The notes beneath the pieces were generated by a model. It searched no databases. It had not been told where the DNA came from and saw nothing but the letters and a program-made list of their open reading frames with translations. Shown here in pieces: positions 58,615 to 64,000 of a stretch of DNA of 64,000 bases (positions are counted from its first letter, which is position 1; each line of letters begins with the position of its first letter). The stretch is from Candidatus Bathyarchaeota archaeon (GTDB lineage Archaea; Thermoproteota; Bathyarchaeia; Bathyarchaeales; Bathycorpusculaceae). Both the position numbers and the translations under genes were made by a program. The stretch spans positions 32,001 through 96,000 of the forward strand of contig CAWFFH010000003.1 of the NCBI GenBank assembly GCA_963815095.1, written 5' to 3'.

Positions 58615-59490
58615 TTGGTGCCATTGATTTCAAGCTTTGATCCTTGGCGTTCAGGCCTCTGCACATGCCCTCCTAAGCTGACGTTTAACCCTTACACGGG
58701 ATGCAACCACCAATGCATCTACTGTTACGCATCCAGTTACATACCCAACTTCAAAAACTGCCACCCAAAAAAAGACGCACTCGCTACGCTCAAACGCGAA
58801 GCAGCCAAACTTAAAGGAGAAATCATCTCAATCGCCAACTCATCTGACCCTTACCCTCGTATCGAAGCTACTGAAGGGTTGACCCGACGATGTCTCGAAA
58901 TCTTGGCGGAAAACAACTGCAAAATCCAAATCATCACCAAAAGCAACCTCGTAACCCGAGACGACGACCTCCTCAACAAGATTCCCTCAATGGTCGCATT
59001 AACAATAACCACTGATGACGATAATTTGGCAAGAGTTATTGAGCCATATGCGCCATCGCCTTCCCAGCGTATAAGAGCTGCACAGGACTTAATCAGGGCA
59101 GGCATCCCAGTTTCGGTTCGAATAGACCCGATAATTCCCTCAGTTAATGACCAGCCGCAAAAACTCATCGTAACCCTCGCCAACATCGGCATCAGACACT
59201 TGACCTGCTCAACTTACAAGGCTAAAGCCGACAATTGGATGCGACTCTCGCAAGCAATGCCCAAGGTAGCTGAACAGCTTAAACCGCTCTACTTTGTTCA
59301 GGGAGAAAAAATCAGCGGCAGCGCACTTCTGCCAAAAGAGCTAAGATTCAAAATCCTCAAACATATCCGAGATTTAGCTGAAGCCAACGGAATGAAGTTT
59401 GGGATATGCCGCGAAGGCTTAGCCCAACTAAACACTGCAACATGCGACGGCTCATGGCTCATACCCAAACCTAAAGGAGGTTTAGGCTGA
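58615..59490 (+). CDS. Radical SAM protein, SplB-like DNA repair subfamily
   Basis: FNPYTGCNHQCIYCYA, SDPY, ITKS, IEP.APSP..R, RIDPIIP; start approximate. Confidence 0.88.
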   Translation: MVPLISSFDPWRSGLCTCPPKLTFNPYTGCNHQCIYCYASSYIPNFKNCHPKKDALATLKREAAKLKGEIISIANSSDPYPRIEATEGLTRRCLEILAENNCKIQIITKSNLVTRDDDLLNKIPSMVALTITTDDDNLARVIEPYAPSPSQRIRAAQDLIRAGIPVSVRIDPIIPSVNDQPQKLIVTLANIGIRHLTCSTYKAKADNWMRLSQAMPKVAEQLKPLYFVQGEKISGSALLPKELRFKILKHIRDLAEANGMKFGICREGLAQLNTATCDGSWLIPKPKGGLG

Positions 59491-60590
59491 TGCAGAACCG
59501 AGTAATAATGCTAGCAGACTTTGACTACTTCTTTGCCCAATGCGAGGAACTCCGCAACCCATCCATAAAAGAAAAACCAGTCGTTGTCGGCGTTTATTCG
59601 GGACGCACTGAGGAGAGCGGAGCCGTCAGCACAAGCAACTACATCGCTCGCAAATACGGCGTCAAATCAGGTATGCCGCTTTTTCTGGCGAAGCGCAAAC
59701 TGGAAGGCACAGAAGTCGTTTTCTTTAAAGTAGACCATGAATACTACGATCAAATCAGTGACCGCATTATGCAGATTTTCCGCGGCTACGCCAGTAACCT
59801 TGAACAAGTCAGCGTTGATGAGGCTTATTTGGATGTTACCGAGCAAGTTGAAGGAAGCTTTGAAAAGGCAAAGGATTATGCCCAGAAAATCAAAGGTGAT
59901 GTCAAAAACCAAGTCGGAATCTCCTTCACAATAGGCATTGGACCAAACAAGCTCATTGCAAAAATTGCGTGTGACAGCCAAAAACCCGATGGCTTAACTA
60001 CCGTCAAACCCGAAGAAGCGCGAGCTTTCCTTGAACCGTTGGATGTTGACCGCCTTTTAGGGGTGGGCAAGAAAACCTCCACCAGGATGGCGGAGTTGGG
60101 CATAAAAACTATAGGAGACTTAGCCAAATATGACTGCCAAAGACTCATAGAAATTTTCGGCAAAGTCTTAGGCATCTATTTCCACAACTCCGCGAACGCA
60201 GTTGACAATGAACCCGTCCAAGAACAGGGCGAAGCAGAATCAATCAGCCGCATCGGCACCCTAAAACAAGACACACATGACCTAGAATTCATCCTGCAAA
60301 AAACAGACGAACTAACCGAATACGTTGCAAAAGAGGCCGCTGAGAAAAGCTTGAGCTTCAAACTGGTATCGATATACGTTGTTAATGTGGATCTAAGCTG
60401 TAAAAGCCGCTCAATAACGCTTGAGCAACCCGCCAAAGACAAAGAAACAATTAAACGTAATGTCCGCATCCTCTTCGAGAAGTTCTTGGCTGACTCACCG
60501 CTTGAAGTGCGCAGAGTCGGCGTTAGAGTCGCTAGTTTTAGCAAAGAAGAACTAAGACAAAAACAGCTAACAAGTTTTTTCCAAACCTAA
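59490..60590 (+). CDS. dinB: DNA polymerase IV (Y family, Dpo4/DinB)
   Basis: ADFDYFFAQ.EE, Y.ARKYGVKSGM, SVDEAYLD, AKIA.D..KPDG, GVG.K, RRVGVR. Confidence 0.95.
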   Translation: MQNRVIMLADFDYFFAQCEELRNPSIKEKPVVVGVYSGRTEESGAVSTSNYIARKYGVKSGMPLFLAKRKLEGTEVVFFKVDHEYYDQISDRIMQIFRGYASNLEQVSVDEAYLDVTEQVEGSFEKAKDYAQKIKGDVKNQVGISFTIGIGPNKLIAKIACDSQKPDGLTTVKPEEARAFLEPLDVDRLLGVGKKTSTRMAELGIKTIGDLAKYDCQRLIEIFGKVLGIYFHNSANAVDNEPVQEQGEAESISRIGTLKQDTHDLEFILQKTDELTEYVAKEAAEKSLSFKLVSIYVVNVDLSCKSRSITLEQPAKDKETIKRNVRILFEKFLADSPLEVRRVGVRVASFSKEELRQKQLTSFFQT

Positions 60591-60633
60591 GGATAAAGGA
60601 AACTTTTTCTTCCTCCAATACTCTCAGTAATTA

Positions 60634-61230
60634 GTGATGATTTTGTCTTCGAACAAACAAAGGTTGCCGCCTGAGCAACAGGCTACAGACAGAATTTTGC
60701 GTTGGGGCACTGACCACCCAGGAATAACCTCAACCAACCCGCAGCTTAAGCTTGAAGCTTACACGTTAACCGTTACCGGCGAAATCGAAAATCCAACAAA
60801 ACTCAGCTGGAGGGATTTTATGGAACTACCTAAAACGGTTTCTGTTAGTGATTTTCATTGTGTCGAGGGCTGGAGTGTGTTGGATTGTAAGTGGGAGGGC
60901 GTAAAAATAAAAGATATTGAAAAAATTGTCAAACCCAAAGAGGTGGCACGTGCAGTTACTTTTGATTGTGCAGACAACTACACGACGTCGCTTTTTAGAG
61001 AGGAGCTTGCTGATGACGATGTACTGTTAGCCTACAAACTTAATGGTGAGGCGCTGGACGAAGGGCTGGGTTTTCCTGTGCGTCTTATCGTGCCGAAAAA
61101 ATATGCATATAAGAGCGCTTTGTGGGTTGTAGGTTTGCAGTTTACTCGGACTAAGGAGCTAGGATTTTGGGAGCGACGAGGGTATAGTGACAGCGCGGAT
61201 GTTTGGAAAAACGATCGTTACAGGCGTTAA
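60634..61230 (+). CDS. Molybdopterin-dependent oxidoreductase (sulfite oxidase/YuiH-like)
   Basis: DFHCVEGWS, WEGV, GFPVRL.VP..YAYKS..WV, GFWE.RGY. Confidence 0.9.
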   Translation: MMILSSNKQRLPPEQQATDRILRWGTDHPGITSTNPQLKLEAYTLTVTGEIENPTKLSWRDFMELPKTVSVSDFHCVEGWSVLDCKWEGVKIKDIEKIVKPKEVARAVTFDCADNYTTSLFREELADDDVLLAYKLNGEALDEGLGFPVRLIVPKKYAYKSALWVVGLQFTRTKELGFWERRGYSDSADVWKNDRYRR

Positions 61231-61380
61231 CTTGAGAGATCTGTTTTGATTTAATCAACCGCTGGATCTTTTTATTTGATATAATAATTATATAGTCTCT
61301 ATTGGACAGTTTTAAAAGCATGGCAACATTTATAAGCATAATCTAATAATTCAGTTGGCTCTTTAAGAGGTTGAAAAAAT

Positions 61381-61530
61381 ATGCCAAAGAAAAGTGAAGT
61401 AAGGAACTGCTCAAAAAGCCAAGTAACCGTTGAAACCACGGTTAGCGTAGCTGACATCAGCAGTTCGAACGTGCCTTCACAGAAGCAAAAAGAAGACGCT
61501 AAACAAATTCTATACTTCAACAGAATATAA
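61381..61530 (+). CDS. 49-aa microprotein MPKKSEVRNCSKSQVTVETTVSVADISSSNVPSQKQKEDAKQILYFNRI (not in ORF track)
   Basis: GAGGT Shine-Dalgarno; TTTATAAG TATA about 45 nt upstream; fills the intergenic gap. Confidence 0.6.
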   Translation: MPKKSEVRNCSKSQVTVETTVSVADISSSNVPSQKQKEDAKQILYFNRI

Positions 61531-61618
61531 ATTCCCAAAAGTTTCCTAAAAGAACACTTTTGCAAAGTTTAATTCTTTTATATTTGACACTCTCCGTTTT
61601 AGTCCAGAGGCTAAACCC

Positions 61619-62065
61619 TTGAATTACACCGAAGCAAACATAGGAAGAATTTTCATACTAAGACTCCAACCAAACGAAACCCTTCATGTGGAAATAGAAA
61701 AATTCGCAGCTGAAAAACAAATCCAAAGCGCCATCTGCTTCTTTCTCGGAGGCGCTCAAGATAAAAGCAAAGTCGTTGTGGGCCCCAAAGACGGTGAGGC
61801 AGTCACTATTGAGCCAATGGTTACGCTTTTGAAGGGTGTGCATGAGGGCTATGGTGTAGGCACAATCTTCACTGATGAAGCGGGAGTGCCAAAGTTGCAT
61901 ATGCATGCGAGTTTTGGAAGAAACGACAACACAGTTTCGGGTTGCGTGAGGGTAGGCGTGAATATTTGGTTAATAGGCGAAGTGGTTATTCTCGAATTAG
62001 CTGGGAATTCCGCTAAACGATTAAAGGATAAAGCAACTGGTTTTGAATTACTCGAAACAAAATAG
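61619..62065 (+). CDS. PPC/DUF296 domain protein
   Basis: GRIFILRL, GTI, P.LHMHA.FG, GEV.I.E. Confidence 0.88.
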   Translation: MNYTEANIGRIFILRLQPNETLHVEIEKFAAEKQIQSAICFFLGGAQDKSKVVVGPKDGEAVTIEPMVTLLKGVHEGYGVGTIFTDEAGVPKLHMHASFGRNDNTVSGCVRVGVNIWLIGEVVILELAGNSAKRLKDKATGFELLETK

Positions 62066-62068
62066 TCC

Positions 62069-63814
62069 TTACCCTAAAAAGCGGACAAGGAAGATTCTGA
62101 ATCCCATGTTACCATAGAATTCGCCCCAGAATGGCTGGTCCTGTGGATCGCCGAAACGGCCAGTTTGGTAAATCATGTTTTCAACTTGTGTGTAGTCAAG
62201 TGTTGTGTTGAAGAATTGGGTGTGGATTCCGTAGTCAAATAGTATAATGTATTTGACGTTTCGTTCTTGGCAGAGATTTACAAATTGGGTAATGTTAAAG
62301 TTAGGTGTGAAAGAGTCAACGGGCAAAGGGGGGTATTGCCAAATTTGGTCGCTCGACATGTTTGCAGGCGTATAAAAGCGGAACATATCTTGACTGAGAA
62401 GGTTGAAACTGCAAACTAACACAGCTGATTGGTTTTGATCAAGATGGGTCGCCAAGTATGCGGTGGCTTCTTGGATTGGAATGTGAATTTGGTCCCGGAC
62501 AGTCATCTGATAAGAATTATAGCTTGCATAAGCAACTGCACCTCCGATTATCGCGATGAAACCGACTGCAGCCAGCTTTTTCAGGCGGTCAGCTTTAATG
62601 CCCACACGTGGAACTTTCCACTCGCGAACTCTACCATAGAGAAACATTATGAAACATGCAGCAGAGATTGCCAAAATCGGGAAAAGCGGAGTCACATAAC
62701 GCCATTGCCTATTGGGAATAAAGGTGAAGAAAACATAAATAACCAAAAACCAGGTTAAGAAGAAGATGTCTTGTTTTTTTCTCCGGAAAGCAAATAACCC
62801 CAAGCCACACAAACCTAAAATCATAATTGGAAGCGAAATCGGGTTCACGGGAATGTCATTGAAGGGCCAAGTCATCTCTACCAAGTAAAAGACGGGTATA
62901 GGCTGGAATCGGTTGCTGTAAGCTGGGCGGTCTTGTCCACCTTCAGTCATTACGTATTGGAGGGTTTGAAATTTTGTTATGCCGTCATATTGGTAGACCA
63001 TTAAAACCCATGGTGCCACAACCAAAGCCACAATAACGATAATCAACAGATACTTTGCCAAATTGATCTTTAGTCGTTTTCGGCACAAAAACAGGATACT
63101 TAACAGCATAGCTATGGCTGCGACGATGAGCTGGTACTTTGCTAAAACACCAATACCTAAAGCTACTCCCGTGAAAATAAGCGTCTTGTAACTATCTTTG
63201 ATTATCCACGAATAAAACCCAAACATTACCAACGTGAAGAAAAATATGAGCATAGTTTCTATCATGGTTACTCTGGAAAGCCAAAAGAACCCAGGCATTG
63301 TGCCCAAAAGAATACTTGCGATTAGCGCATTTCTTTTGCCATATGTTTTTTTGGTGAACTCGAAAAGAACCCAAATTGCCAACACCGAAAAAGTCACTGC
63401 AACCAGACGTCCAGCAACCTGAGATGCCCCAAAAATTTGAATATACAAAACTGTTGAGAAATCAAAAACCGGCGGGTAATAACCGTAAGTAGTCATGTAG
63501 TTCCACGTTTGTCCGCGGATAAGCATTAAGGCGCCGTTGAGGTGAGGCATTTCGTCCCACTGCACTGACATGTAGCCCAGATTGTAGAGGGCAGCAAGGG
63601 TGAAGATAACTAAGAAAACCAACAGCGCCAATGTGTACTGATGTTTTTTTGCGAACATTAGCTTACCACTCGGTGGCTTTTCGCTGGTATTGGCGATTTG
63701 GGTGATGTTTAGTGACCCCTTTTTAGAGGGAGAATTAGTAGTGGCATCTAAAAAGAGTTTGCAATAACCCAAAGAATTGTGCTGCCAGATTTTTTGGGGA
63801 AATACACAATTCAT
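62069..63814 (-). CDS. GT-C membrane glycosyltransferase (ArnT/GT39-like)
   Basis: WDE..H, YPP, GRL, E in loop 3, LAKY, RY..PL.P; many TMs; true start probably downstream of 63814. Confidence 0.85.
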   Translation of the reverse strand: MNCVFPQKIWQHNSLGYCKLFLDATTNSPSKKGSLNITQIANTSEKPPSGKLMFAKKHQYTLALLVFLVIFTLAALYNLGYMSVQWDEMPHLNGALMLIRGQTWNYMTTYGYYPPVFDFSTVLYIQIFGASQVAGRLVAVTFSVLAIWVLFEFTKKTYGKRNALIASILLGTMPGFFWLSRVTMIETMLIFFFTLVMFGFYSWIIKDSYKTLIFTGVALGIGVLAKYQLIVAAIAMLLSILFLCRKRLKINLAKYLLIIVIVALVVAPWVLMVYQYDGITKFQTLQYVMTEGGQDRPAYSNRFQPIPVFYLVEMTWPFNDIPVNPISLPIMILGLCGLGLFAFRRKKQDIFFLTWFLVIYVFFTFIPNRQWRYVTPLFPILAISAACFIMFLYGRVREWKVPRVGIKADRLKKLAAVGFIAIIGGAVAYASYNSYQMTVRDQIHIPIQEATAYLATHLDQNQSAVLVCSFNLLSQDMFRFYTPANMSSDQIWQYPPLPVDSFTPNFNITQFVNLCQERNVKYIILFDYGIHTQFFNTTLDYTQVENMIYQTGRFGDPQDQPFWGEFYGNMGFRIFLVRFLG

Positions 63815-63863
63815 TTATGTTTAGAATCATTTGTTTTCCCAGTTTAGAAAGGTCGAAAATGAA

Positions 63864-64000
63864 TTGAAAGGGTGGGTACCGAACAAAGAAATTTCAATCC
63901 TGCTCCCAGCATTTAACGAAGCGGCACAGATTGAAAAATGCGTGCAGGAAGTTGAAGCCGCCGTTAGGTCTTTTTCTAAATCCTACGAAATAATTGTGTC
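63864..64000 (+). CDS. Family 2 glycosyltransferase, N-terminus (3'-truncated by the window edge)
   Basis: ISILLPAFNEAAQIEKCV...YEIIV. Confidence 0.8.
   Translation, partial: MKGWVPNKEISILLPAFNEAAQIEKCVQEVEAAVRSFSKSYEIIV

Overview
Archaeal chromosomal segment with no CRISPR array, integrase or transposase. The lineage is most consistent with Bathyarchaeia (TACK); this is an inference from L35Ae, aIF-1A, a single-OB SSB, archaeal 7S RNA, bacterial-type UvrABC and frequent TTG starts. Main content: trpE(partial)GDCBA, SRP (7S) RNA, a PAS/GAF histidine kinase, many unannotated Cys-rich microproteins, a corrinoid/cobalt uptake and salvage cluster, mre11-rad50, rps10, tRNA-Lys(CTT), uvrBAC, a thiolase-like gene with a DUF35-HMG-CoA synthase fusion, pncB, radA, rqcH, a CysRS paralog, a radical SAM-dinB pair and glycosyltransferases. 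The most unusual signals are: (1) an intergenic array of five imperfect palindromes at 32065-32381 whose arms co-vary; (2) several intact ORFs with lost or altered catalytic residues (thiolase, radical SAM/SPASM, CobZ-like domain, and a CysRS paralog lacking the anticodon domain); (3) an ATT-initiated LysW-like ORF in frame behind the amber stop of aIF-1A; (4) three CxxC-x17-CxxC zinc-ribbon genes within 2.3 kb; (5) three -1 frameshifted genes, one at overlapping canonical slippery heptamers. All calls come from reading the sequence and recalled family motifs; no searches were run.
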